From the NCBI RefSeq assembly GCF_022045235.1, contig NW_027266270.1:34224001-34288000 (forward strand): a stretch of 64,000 nt of DNA, written 5' to 3'. Positions within the stretch are counted from its first letter, which is position 1. Every line of letters begins with the position of its first letter. This document shows positions 36,701 through 49,560 of the stretch, piece by piece. The position numbers and the translations under genes were made by a program. The notes below the pieces were generated by a model. It was not told the DNA's origin. It did not search any database and worked only from the letters and a program-made list of their open reading frames with translations. The DNA comes from Haliotis cracherodii. Its lineage: Eukaryota.

Positions 36701-39653
36701 TGTGACAGGTGCCACTAGTGTGGCAGGATATGCTCACATTTTCGAACACCTGGTTTCATCATTTGAAAGCGATTCATAAACACATCCATATGATGTAGTC
36801 GGAATTGTAAACTGTCTTAGAATTATTGATATGTTTTTTGTTGTTGTTATTTCAAAGTCACATCCTAACATCAAACTATTCTGTTAACCAGGTATGGTTC
36901 TTGTTGAACTGTGACCAATGACTGCTTTACTGGGTGTTACTGTTTGGTGTTCTCAGGTTCATACTTACTCTATGTTGGAAGAAATGTTTTTGAATGTAGA
37001 AAAAGATCTGGGCTAGAATAGATCTTCAGCAACCCATGCTTGCCGTAAAAGGCAACTATGCTGGTCTTAAGAGGCGACTAACGGGATCGGCTGGTCAGGT
37101 TCGCTGACTTGGTTGATGCATGTCATCATATACAAATTGTGTGGATTGATGCTCATAATTGCAGTCACTGGATTGTCTGGTCCAGATTCTATTATTTACT
37201 GACCTCCGTCATATAGCAGGAATAATGTTGAGGGAGAAGGCACTCTGAAGTGTGAAGGCCTTGAAGATGAACAAGTCTTCCCCACCTATATGGTATATCT
37301 AGTCTGTCATAGTGATGGTAATACAGGGACATTTTGTTACTGTTACTGGCTCTCATTCTAGTCCATATTGTATTAGCACTGCAGAGTTGAAGCACAGGTC
37401 TGTTGTCACCTTGAGATGAGACTAATTACTGCAGCGTGTTATGTTCATGTCATAGATAGACTTTGTACTGTTGTAAATCTTCAAACTAAAATATCTAATG
37501 ATAGCCTGCACATTTAAAAGCATGATGATTGCTTTGTTAGAAACCATTATGTAACTATAAGGAGTAAGTGAAAAAAATGTTTTTTAGATTTTTTAGGCTT
37601 TGTTATTAACCATTGTTAATGAAATGTTGCAAGATTCCAAAGAAATTTCATTGTATTTTCAAAAGTTCAACATGTCTGAAACAGGTTTACTAAGAAAGGA
37701 GGCAAAATTAGCATATGCCTGTTGTTCAAAAAGAAATGAACTTCTTCAATGTTGAATGATGGCCAATCATTTCTGAATTTGTACCAAATGATTGGGTGAA
37801 ACATCAAAATTTATTTCGCAACGTTTGTTTTCAGCAAATTGTTAAGGCTATGATTTTCAGAATTATGAATATAAGCTCATTGTTCTGCAAAGTATGTGGT
37901 CAAATTCAGTGCACTTGGCATCAAATCATTTCAGGACCAAGGCATGACCTCTAACTGGACATTCATTCTTCTTTGTAGAGAAGGTCTGTGCGAAACGTTG
38001 TATAGTCTGAATGTTCTCAAACCTGGTCAAATATCTATCTCACAACATCGTCTGCATTGGATGTTAGATTTTATTCATGGTAATAAACTGTTGTTACTTT
38101 GTTGAACATGTTTGTTTTCTCTTTCAAAACTGTATAGGTCAGCAAGCCACAGATGAAACATGTCACTTCTTCTGTAATCATGGCCAGAAATAACCTCTGA
38201 AGGAGAGTGCAAGATCCTAGGACATTGATTTTTACATATATGAAGGTGAGGGGAGGTGAAATAGGGTTCACCGTCGCGTTCAAGATTATTGCACTTATAT
38301 AGTGGCGTGCACGCATGTGTGCTTGTGGCTGCTTGTACTAGGTGGGACTAAAGCCAGTATTATGGTGCTAGCCCACTGAGATACCATGCTGCAGTTTAAC
38401 ATTAATACCCAACTCAGATACAGTATATTGACTCCAAGCTGACCAGTCCTTGTTTTATCCCTTTATCGCGTGGATCGATGCTCATGATGTCAATCACTTA
38501 ATTGTCTGGATCAGACTCAATTATTTACAGACCGCCGTCTATAGCTGGAATATTGCTAAGTGCGGCGTTAAACAACAAATAAACAAAATGTTCTAGGTTG
38601 GTGGATCTTCAGTGGCATGAATGTTATTATCCAGACCAACAACAAACAAAATTTCAAGCATCCAAGGCATTTATTGAATGTACGTATTTTACACATGATG
38701 CAATAGAAGCTAAATGGTATGTTAATGGATTCAAGTCCATAGCAATACCGGTGTATATATATAGATATAATGTACACTTTACACCAACAATAAAGATATG
38801 CATAGAATCACTGGAGGATGGAAGGGGACAGTACACAGACATTGTCAGTCCATGAAAGCATTATGTAAAGAGGTACTGAAGCTCACCTATAGTGCATGAT
38901 TAAAATTGTGAGGTCATATACACAAAATATATTCCACTTTTTCAGAATGCTACTGAAGTTCTTTAAAAAGAGTAACTTAGAACTTGGTAATATTCAGGAA
39001 AAACTGTCAGGTTTCTAATGTCAAGCAGTCTACATCCTGACAACACATGGTACTTGTTTACCTATGGGTATAGTAGAAACAATAACAACGGGGGAAGCAA
39101 TTCTAATGATTAAAATTCTCAGTAATAAGGTTTCATTTCAAAACTTCATTTTCCACCGAACATGTTTAAGAACATGCTTAGAAATGGCATTCAATGTCAT
39201 TTGTGTGGTGTTCACTACAGTCATATACACAGGTATGGAAGGAAATAGCACAAAAGAAGCACCACATTTATCAGCAGTTTTTTTTTACATTCAGTAACAC
39301 ATCATTACATTGTCTTACCCACAAGAAGAGTTGATATAACAACTGGGGATCCTGAAGCCACGCTTCACTTAATAAAACATGGACTTACCCATAAAGTAGT
39401 TTACTTAACGATTATTTACAAAAATACATATATTTCTTTACAATTTCCTGTTTTTCCTCAATTGAATAAAATCTAGTACACATTTATTTTGTTTCAAATG
39501 TAAAATGTAAGGACATGATCTCCCCATAATGACTACATGTCTATGTTCTTGCTGTGGCCAGTGCTTCATATGCCCTGTGTACAATTTTAATGTAATCATC
39601 ACCCTTAAAACACCTAAAGTGAAGCCATCAGTACTTCACACATTACCAAATTG

Positions 39654-39785
39654 TGAGTGAGTGAGTTTGGTTTTACGCCGCTTTTAGCAATATTCCAGCA
39701 ATATCACGGCAGGACACCAGAAATGGGCTTCACACATTGTACCCATGTCGGGAATCGAACCCGGGTCTTCGGCATGATGAGCGAA
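39654..39785 (-). mobile_element. tRNA(Asp-like)-derived SINE, 5'-truncated
   Basis: Reverse complement of the family body, B box and tail. Confidence 0.8.
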
Positions 39786-40128
39786 ACCAAAATGTGAATG
39801 ATTATTAATTGATGTTAAGTAAACTTGTTAATTATTGACAAAGTGGATTACAGCAATAATTGGAACAATAAAGATATACAATTCATAAGTGCACTTACCA
39901 AAACAAACATGTACTCCCAATTCATCGTCATAACATAACCATCAGTCCATACCTTTAAACATTATGCAGTCATTGAGCAACTTTTTGCATCCCTTTTTGC
40001 ATTGCACCATCAATCAAACAAAACAAGGAAGGTTTATATCCAAATACCATGCAGTTCCTCCATCACTCCTGAAAACATATGGCTGAAACACAGCGTAGTA
40101 GTGACGTGTGTCTATTTCAAGTCCAGCA

Positions 40129-40643
40129 CAAATTCCCGAGGCAAGGGAGTCAACTGACTTTGAAAGCCCAGTTTTCACCCTTGCTGAACTAGGCTGGAAT
40201 TATGGAGTTATGTTTTGGCTGAAATTAATGTGTCTATGCTTAGTCCAATCAAAATCGCATAACAAAATCAACATACAGTTCATAAATTGCTGTGCAGATT
40301 TTGGTCGATTGCAGGATTTGCAAAACGTCAACTTGGTGTTATAATTTCCAAATCTTTTCATGTTTCTAATCAAGGTGTTCACATGATTTGATGCACTTCA
40401 TGAAGTAAGACCCTTTTTAGTACAACATAGATCTTGATTATCGATCAGATTGTCTTCACTGGGCACCACCAAATTTTGTTTGAAGCAAATGCATTGATAT
40501 GAGAGGTGGGATCTGATTGGTCAAGAAGAGGGACGTAACTCGTAATGGCCACTGGTTGCGCTACGATCGGACCCAGAAATTCCAGCCTAGTTTGGCAAGA
40601 CTGGACATATTCAGTCAGTTAACTCCCTTGCCTCAGGTAGATG
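40129..40643. mobile_element. MITE, same family as 11523-12031
   Basis: TIRs present; flanks AGTCCAGCA / AGTCAAGGA (7 of 9 match) suggest a 9-bp TSD. Confidence 0.8.
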
Positions 40644-43600
40644 AGTCAAGGAATAAATGAGGCTGTCAAAAGAGTCGTACTCTGTGCATGAAATGTCTGG
40701 AGCAGATGGCTGCAAGGCTAGACACATGTTGCACAAGAAATATAGGACTAAGCACTCACTGGTTTCCCACTCATTGGAACCAGCCCTTGTCTACACAGAA
40801 CATCGGCCATATGTGTTCCAAGGGATGTAGGAATATAGAGTACAAAAAGTACTGACGATGCTAGATCTGAGGATTTGTCAGGTTAAGAGGAACTAGCTCT
40901 TGTTCAGAGAATACAAAAGTGGTTCCCATCACTCTCTGCACAAGTGAATATTTTTTACAAGGTAACAAATTGTCTCACATTGAAATTCAAGGCTGCCATC
41001 AACAGACCATATTCTTATCTCAGAAGCACTTCTTATTGTTTGATCAGCCATAACCTAGCATATGTTTTTTGGTTGTTTGTTATTTAATGCTGTCCTAAGC
41101 AATATTCAAACTATACGACAACTGTCTATAAATGACCTAGCAACCAGACAATCCAGTGACCGACACATAGTTTAGTCCTAATGATAACTTGTGGAGATGC
41201 ATCACATCATCTAGTTCCATGTAATTAATGACAATCTTCCACAACAAAAAAATAACTGCAGCCTTCCCTGACATGTACAGACTTAGGTGCTTCCTATCGA
41301 CAAAAGTCATGATCTGAGCTCAGAAAATATCACACAAGTAGATAGCCTTCACTGGTACTGCACTAAACACATCCTGGAACATCCTCCACTTGATCAGGTT
41401 CACGATGTCCTGACATGCTGTTATTGCAAGTTGTTTGAAGATCAAACCACTGCAGTAAATCATCTCTTATTTCTCATCATCATGGAACTTGTAACGCTTT
41501 GGGGGAACCACCTACCATTTAAAAAACATTTGGGAAGGGGTCAAAAACAAATACGAATTAAACTAAATAAATCTAATAACCATAAAGATATTCTTCGCTA
41601 TTCAGCAATTTACAATCCATGATGTTAGTTCATTAACAAATACATATATATTGTACCACACAAACAAACAATATACATAGAATATAATTATTATAAGTAA
41701 TATGGTAAATTCAAAACAACATACCATGTATGCTAACACAATTATACAATGCTGCCTGCAGCAAGTTGTCTTGCATTGCAATATAACAGCGTCGTATATA
41801 TACAGATATTACAAAATATGGAGATAATACTTCCAACAATCCTAACCTAAATATACAAAGGATTTTCTTTTTTTTATACAAAGAAATGTACCCTGATGAC
41901 AAAATCTGCAATACTTTCAACATGCTGTTTTCGCGTCATTTTCATAAAAGCGCCAGGACGTCGATAGTTCTGGGTGTCTTTAAATCATGCATGAAATCAT
42001 TTCCAAATGTGACATCACACCTTTAGTTCATGCACGATTCAATTTTGAAACCAAAACAATAGAGGTCCGCACAGCAGGCCGACAACCAAACTGCTGTGCA
42101 GATTATACTGAAGAAAGCCAAGTTCTATGGATGAACAACTTCTTTATTACATCCATAGAACTTGTCTTTCTTCATCACACCAACTTCTAAACGCCACTGA
42201 AAGAAGAATATACTGGCTTTGGTCAGGTATTTATCAGAGGCAAATTGAAGAGAAAGCTTCCCATGGATCAGTTACAAAATACTAATTGCCAGCTTGATTG
42301 GATTAGAAGCCAATGTTTATAAAAGCCTAGATTACAACATAAATGCCTTAGTCTTATGAAGCCAATCATGTTGCAGAAATAAGGCAGGGGTATTCCCCGG
42401 AAAGAAGCGCTTCCTGACCTGCTAATGGGTCTACTCCATTGGTGTGGTCGCAGAAGCAGACTCAGGATAATGCAAGCAGAACGGAGTAAGCTTGGGGATT
42501 ACATGCTATGTTTTGCAAACAATGCTTCAGAACGGTTGACGTCATGGCGTTTTAATATCTCGCAGATTTATTTTCCTTATATTAAGTGAATGGAACACTA
42601 CCTTCTTTCCATGTCATTGAAAGGTACTATTCGATAGCATGAGACTCGACAACCATACATTAAATGAATACAAAGATAATTGGGGATTCCAGAAAAGCAT
42701 ACAAACACAAAATACAATAATCAAATCAAGGAAAAATGATAAATTCACATCAACTCAAAGATTAAATGGAACACAGCTAAAGCCAGACAGGTCAAATGGA
42801 AAACTTCAGTCATATACACACTTCATAGACAAACAAAACAAAGGTTAGACTCTGAAAACATAAACCGGAATGGCGACATTTCACACACAATAGTCATGAT
42901 AGTAACAGTATTTGAAATGAAAAGATATTTATAATAAATATTCATTGCCAGCTGTTCCAGTTTGATTGATGCTTTAGATATCACACGTGAATCCTTTCAG
43001 TAAAAGGTAAAGGCAGAGAAAGGGCAATCTAAGTTGGAAGAACTTGTCCCCCAATACCGTTCACTTCTTGTGAATAAATATGTTGAAATCAAAGGCAAAA
43101 TCATGCCTGTCTATCAAAGCTTGAACCTATCTAATGTATAAAACTGATAAAGTCAAAAAAGAGACCCTTAATGCAAATTTCTAAAAGCAACATTCTGAGA
43201 AACATTGTAGTATATGTTATGACATATCACAAACCTACAGATAAATACATTCATCCATTTATGATGAAAGTAGCATTGTTTGAAAAAAGTAAAATAATTC
43301 ATTGATATCAATGAAATGATATAATTCAAAATGACAGTGCCAGAGAATAACCAGTCTAATAGTCTCGATTATCTGCTGAAACATATTCCACTGGGTGTAA
43401 AACAGCATAACACAAATTGTGAGGCTACAGAGCTGTGAGATTGCAAAAATCAAAGAATCGTAAAACTGACGCCTCTAGAAGTAATGTCTTCTATCCCACT
43501 AGGTGCATCTGTTTGGCAGAGCACATGTTTTCACAATCTTACACACATTTAGAAATTCGGAATGGATTCTTGTTACAAAATATGCACCCAAGGCATCTTA

Positions 43601-44149
43601 AGTTTTATGCCTATTTTCTGACTTTCAAAAGTCAAAAGGGTTCTAGTAACCAGACTGCAAAGTACAAGACAGACCAAAAGGGATTAATCTAGCTGCTTGT
43701 GGCAGGCAAACAGGGAAAAAAACTTTATTTAATTAAAAATTGGACCTTTTCTCAGTTCTTATCCTTTGGAGGTATTTTGGCATTTTACAATTATAAACAC
43801 TAGTATTATGACCTATTTGTACTTTTTTGCCCTGTTATCAGTGAAACACAGATAAGTTTGCGACAAGTAAAACATAGTCTTTGAGGTAACAAAACAGTAG
43901 AAAACTGAAGTTGGAAACCTTTTACTCCATTATGGAAATTTGACAATTTGTGGCAGAACTGAATCCGAATATTGGCCTAAACACCTTGATAAAAATATCC
44001 GATTGAGACAAGCAGCAATCATTCCATTATATTCTGTTGAACTGCATACAATTCATTTCAGGACTGGTTTCCTTTGTAAACATGCCTAACTCCAAAACAC
44101 ATTACACATGGATAAAGAAAGAAGATGTAACAGGGACATGCCGCTAGGA

Positions 44150-44782
44150 GGTGAAGCGATCTTAGCGCTAAGATGATCGTAACTCCCATACTTTAATATG
44201 GGCTTACAATAGCCTTAGCGCTATGTTCACTTTGTGGAATGGGACCCAGGCCCTGTTCTAGAAGGTGATCTTAGCGCTACAATTGTCGTAAGTCTATGTT
44301 AAAGTATTGGAGTTGCGATTGTCTTAGTGCTAAGATTGTTTTGTGAAATGAGGCTGTGGCAGTAGGTAAAATCAAGAATACCCTGAATACAAGACATGCT
44401 GGTACTACAAGACCATACATTAATACTAGGCTATATCTATAGAGGATTCCAATACATATAGGTTAGCAGGGCCCACTCGCACAAAGCGATCTTAGCGCTA
44501 TGACTATTGTAAGCCTATGTTAAGCATGAGAGTTAAGATGATCTTAGCGTTAAACTCGCTTTGTGCAAGTGAGCCCAGGCTCCATTCCACACAGCTGTCT
44601 TAAGTGGGAAGGGGAGTTACGAGTAATGTTTTTATACACTACAATCCTACATCGCCTGTGAATCCATATGGCCACTACACTGTGTAGTTGTAGCTAGCTG
44701 TTTGTAACTCATGGTAGTCGTAAGTCAGAATGGAAGTTATGATTGTCTTAGTACTAAGATGGCTTTGTGGAATGGGGTCCAG
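44150..44782. mobile_element. Cluster of four ~105-200-bp palindromic MITEs with CWG junctions (PIF/Harbinger-like)
   Basis: Units 44150-44246, 44250-44353, 44470-44575 and 44579-44779, each with internal inverted CTTAGCGCTA motifs or remnants; bounded or separated by CAG/CTG. Confidence 0.65.
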
Positions 44783-47114
44783 GATGGTGAACCAAATACA
44801 ATGGACTAGGAATCAAATTTGTGAAGATTGACTGTTCAATGTTTATTCAAAATAATAGGCACTGTTAATACTTTACAGGAATTTAAGCCAAAGATGAATT
44901 GATGATGAAGATAAGTTGACAGTAATGCTAAGACTTAAAGCCCAATTTCAAAATACATGCTTGAATTTATAAATGATGATTGTGCTCAAAGAGTTCATTG
45001 TTATAAGTAAGAACTATTTTTATAAATTTTCTTTTTTAAGTAATCTTTTTACATATTTAAGTCAGGTGAAAAAAAAAGTTTTGTATATGACACATCCATG
45101 TTCTATAGGACATGTTATAATGTTATGCTTATAAGATAGCATTAGTTTTGAAGAAATCAATGACACTGATTCAAATAAATACACATCACCTGACAAAACT
45201 CACTACAGTTAACTATGAACTGTAAAACAGTACAGTTGGCTAAGTGTAGCACCTTATCATTTTACTATCATGATATAAAAATTGAGAATGTTCACTACAC
45301 TATCATATGTGAAGATTAGTTCTGCAACAAACACTCCATCACAAACATTACACTGCTCGACAGTAGTGTCATCATCCGATACATGGGAAGATAAATAATT
45401 GCACTACCCGTGTCAGGTAAACGAGACATATTCCATTATCAAAGAGAATAAGTAAACTTCTGTCATCCTAACTTAACACATCTGCAATATTCCAGCCATA
45501 ACACCTAGCTTGTAAACAGTCAAGTCTGGACCAGACAAACTAGTGACTGAAAGCATGAACAATGATCCATGCCTTGTTGCATGATGGCATCCGATCAGCC
45601 AAGTCACCGAGCCTGATTTGTTGGTTGTGGAAAGCCAAACTCAGCAACAGCTATAGGATGCAGCCAGTGAATAATCCTGCCTGGATCAGATAATCCAGTG
45701 ATTAATATTGTGAACACTGATCCACGCCGTTGGGGTACAATGACACACTAAGTCAGCAAAGTCACCGAGTCTGACCACCCGATCTTCACCTCACTGAGGT
45801 CTTCTGACAAGCATGGCATACCTCGGTTTATTCCAGCCCGGCCCAGAATGAGTACTATTCCTGGGACATTGGCAACCTGGGATACAACCCTGCAATAATA
45901 TGTATTGTGATACGATATGAATGGGTTGGTATATTGAGGAAATATGTGAATAAGTTCTTTGGGATTATTAATTTAATAAATAAAGATATTCCAGGTAGAG
46001 TTAATCGCAGACAAATTTTGTTTCAAGCATGCACAGCTATATGTCCCTGTAATAACACCCATTAGTAGGCATTACCATGCCTCTTAATTACAAGATTGTT
46101 CCCAAGAAAAAGGGGAAAGCCGACATATAACACTATTTTGATCTAAACTCAAGAGCACTTTGACAGTGGAAGAAAATATAGCAGTAAGTTAAGGGCCATA
46201 TACTGCAATACATATCCCCATACAGACCTAAGTATTACAGTATTCTGCAATGCAAAATAACAGGCAATGCACAACTCAATTTAAAATCCTACCTGGATTA
46301 CAGAGATTTTATAGACACCCAATTAGTGTTTGAAAACTTCTCAGGCTGCCATCAGGAACCACAGACTTAAGACACTGCAAGCCCTGACTAAACTCTTCAG
46401 GCCCTCATTTTAAACACTCTAGTTTCTTGTGACAAATAAATCGACACATAAATTATCAGCAGGCTTGAAGGACCCATACAACTACTGGCCCATCTCAAGA
46501 TCTCTCTGTCACAGGCCTACGGGCAGGCACTTATTTCGAACACTGCACCCAAGCAAAATATACTTAGTAATTGTAAGTCAATAAAAGTATGTATGAATAT
46601 ACCCCTAGAAACTTTATTTTTGTATCTGTACATGACCTCTCAATACAATACTTGTATCATTATCATGACAATGAAATGAACCGTGGGTGAATCTTTACAC
46701 CCTAATAAACATAAGGATCACAGACAGAAGTGCTAATACTGCTAGACACAGAAAAACCTTCATCCAAGCTTCAAAGTAAGGAGGGAATCTCAAAACATAA
46801 ATAATGAACACTATCGAACATGCTGAATACACATTATATTTAATACTTAAGTTACAGATTAATAATGTCTAAAGTTAAGTAGGTTAAAGCTAATAGAAGT
46901 GTCAAATCCTAGTTTGTATTACATACATAGAAAAATATAGATCATTAACAGTCTCAGAATATTATCATATAGTGATTTGAAAACATAGTAGTTGTGAGTG
47001 CCATTATTTCAACATACAACACTCACCCTTCCGTACAGTAAGAAAATAAACTAGTATTTTTCATTTTTATTACATTGCACATAAGCCTATGATAAGCTTT
47101 GTATTTGTAAGAAT

Positions 47115-47721
47115 CAGGACCCCCATCAGTACCCTCCAACACGATCCCTCATATTCTCCATAAGGATCCCTCATACTCTCCATCATGACCTCCCAACTGG
47201 ATCCCCTACTTCTCCATCAGGACCTCCAACGGGATCCCCCATATTCTTCAACAGGATCCCCCATACTCTCCATCATAACCTCCAACTGGATCCCCTACTT
47301 CTCCATCAGGACCTCCAACGGGATCCCCCATATTCTCCAACAGGATCCCCCATACTCTCCATCATGACCTCCAACAGGATCCCCCATACTCTCCATCATG
47401 ACCTCCAACAGGATCCCCCATACTCTCCATCATGACCTCCAACAGGATCCCCCATACTCTTCATCATGACCTCCAACAGGATCCCCCATACTCTCCATCA
47501 TGACCTCCAACTGGATCCCCTACTTCTCCATCAGGACCTCCAACGGGATCCCCCATATTCTCCAACAGGATCCCCCATACTCTCCATTATGACCTCCAAC
47601 AGGATCCCCCATACTCTCCATCAGGATCCCCCATACTCTCCATCAGGACCTCCTACAGGATTCCCCATACTCTCCATCAGGACCTCCAACAGGATCCCCG
47701 ATACTCTCCATCAGGACCCCC
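47115..47721. repeat. 34-bp minisatellite with 20-bp subunit variants
   Basis: Unit CCATCATGACCTCCAACAGGATCCCCCATACTCT. Confidence 0.9.
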
Positions 47722-48625
47722 GACATGCATGCATAACAATGCTGTTTTACAAACATTCCACAGCAAAGCCGGTGAGTCATCAAAATCTAGCCTCAGTGAC
47801 CACCTGACACTTTGTCGGCTATAACCACATCTAGAGTCTCACATCAAATGCCAACTAAATACCCAACCTTCAAGCTGCTTGCGATCAAGTGTGATGTGCA
47901 TGCAGTATCCAAATTAACAATGTTCATCAACAGTGAGCAATATATTTGACCATCACTTGTCTTAATAAATTCTATGGAAGAAATTTGAAAATAAATGTCA
48001 TTTATACATTTTCATGACCACTGTCACTGAACAGGACTTGGGTACTTTCAAGAATAGTACCAGGCACAATGAATACACACTGTAGTCTACCTGCATTTAG
48101 TGGTGTCTACTATGTCACATAAAGTGAGCCTTAGAAATTCCATAATCTTAAAAATAGTCCAGATGACTAGAGTAAATCTATTTACACTGGTAAACAAGAT
48201 TGAACAAGACAATGGTTACTTAGTTTACAGTTTCCGTCAGTTTAATTCAGCTCCAATTTGTAGCAAAACTGGTAACTGTTTCATAATTAAAGCCCCCAAA
48301 TGCTCTCAGCCTTGAAGACTACCATCATTGGATTCTTACTTGTCCTCAGCACAATTTAGCAGCCTTGGGCTTGCGAACTTGCATGAATTTCAAATGTTAC
48401 TACAATTCTCAATTGAACATGTTGAAAGAAGTATTTTTACTGGTAAACATGGTTGATAATTCCCTCTGCGGAACAACAGTTGAAACCTTTCTGTCAACAC
48501 ATACTGTTCTTAAATTTAAACCTTCACAGATCACTTGATTAGCAGGTGAGCCTAGGTACGGAGAAGAGGTGTTGTGGCACTGGGTGCATTGCAGTGTACA
48601 CTTAACTGTTTTCTAAAAAGAACCT

Positions 48626-48795
48626 TGCCGTCAATGACCCATTCAGTAACACTGTTCCCCTGTACCAGCCCACATCACACTGCTGGAACTCTTGTCCATC
48701 ATGACAGACGTGTGGCCAGGCCATCAGTGACCCATTAAGTAACACTGTTCCCCTGTACCAGCTACACATCGCACTGCTGGTCTTCTTGTCCTTGT
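48626..48795. repeat. ~92-bp local tandem duplication downstream of the DNMBP stop codon
   Basis: GACCCATT.AGTAACACTGTTCCCCTGTACCAGC occurs twice. Confidence 0.75.
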
Positions 48796-49105
48796 CCATA
48801 GACGTGTGACCTGAATCTTAACCAATCCACAGGAACTCAGGTTACATTCTACCCTGACACAGTTGCAGCACCTCAAGGACACCTCAAGGTCACCTCAACT
48901 CTCTGCTCGTCTGACCAGTTCTTGACCTGGGACCATCGCTCACTTGACCATCACTTGTCAATTTCAAAGACCTGATCCATACCAGGCTTGAACATCATAG
49001 AGGTGCAAGTTGATCTCTTCTTCTGATGAAGCATTGTGTCTCACATTGATAACAGCTGCTCGTATCTTTGTATTGCATGGCTCTCTCTGTCTATGACGCC
49101 ATGTG

Positions 49106-49512
49106 CTATGACATCGGCCTCAGGTAGTTGGCTGGTGCATAACCACGCTTACCATCCGCATCAACCAACCACCACTCGGTGTTCCCCTCTTGGTCAGCTT
49201 TGGCTATCACAGTGACCACTTGACCCTCAAACATGGACACTTCACTTGCACCACGGGACTGGAAGGCAAACTCTGCATAGTAATACTGCAACAGACAAGA
49301 ACAGGACAGAGTTACTGGGGTGTGACATTCCCTGAACCTGGCATGAACAAGCTGGTATTCATAGTGTTTGATTTAAAGATCTGCTTTCACAAAATGTTTC
49401 AAACATGCAGAAAACCCTCAGAAGAATGACTGTTGTCAATGGGTTTTTTACAAGGTGAGGTGAGGTGAAATGGGGTTTAACGTCGCGTCCAAGATTATTG
49501 CACTTATATAGG

Positions 49513-49560
<48 letters not shown>

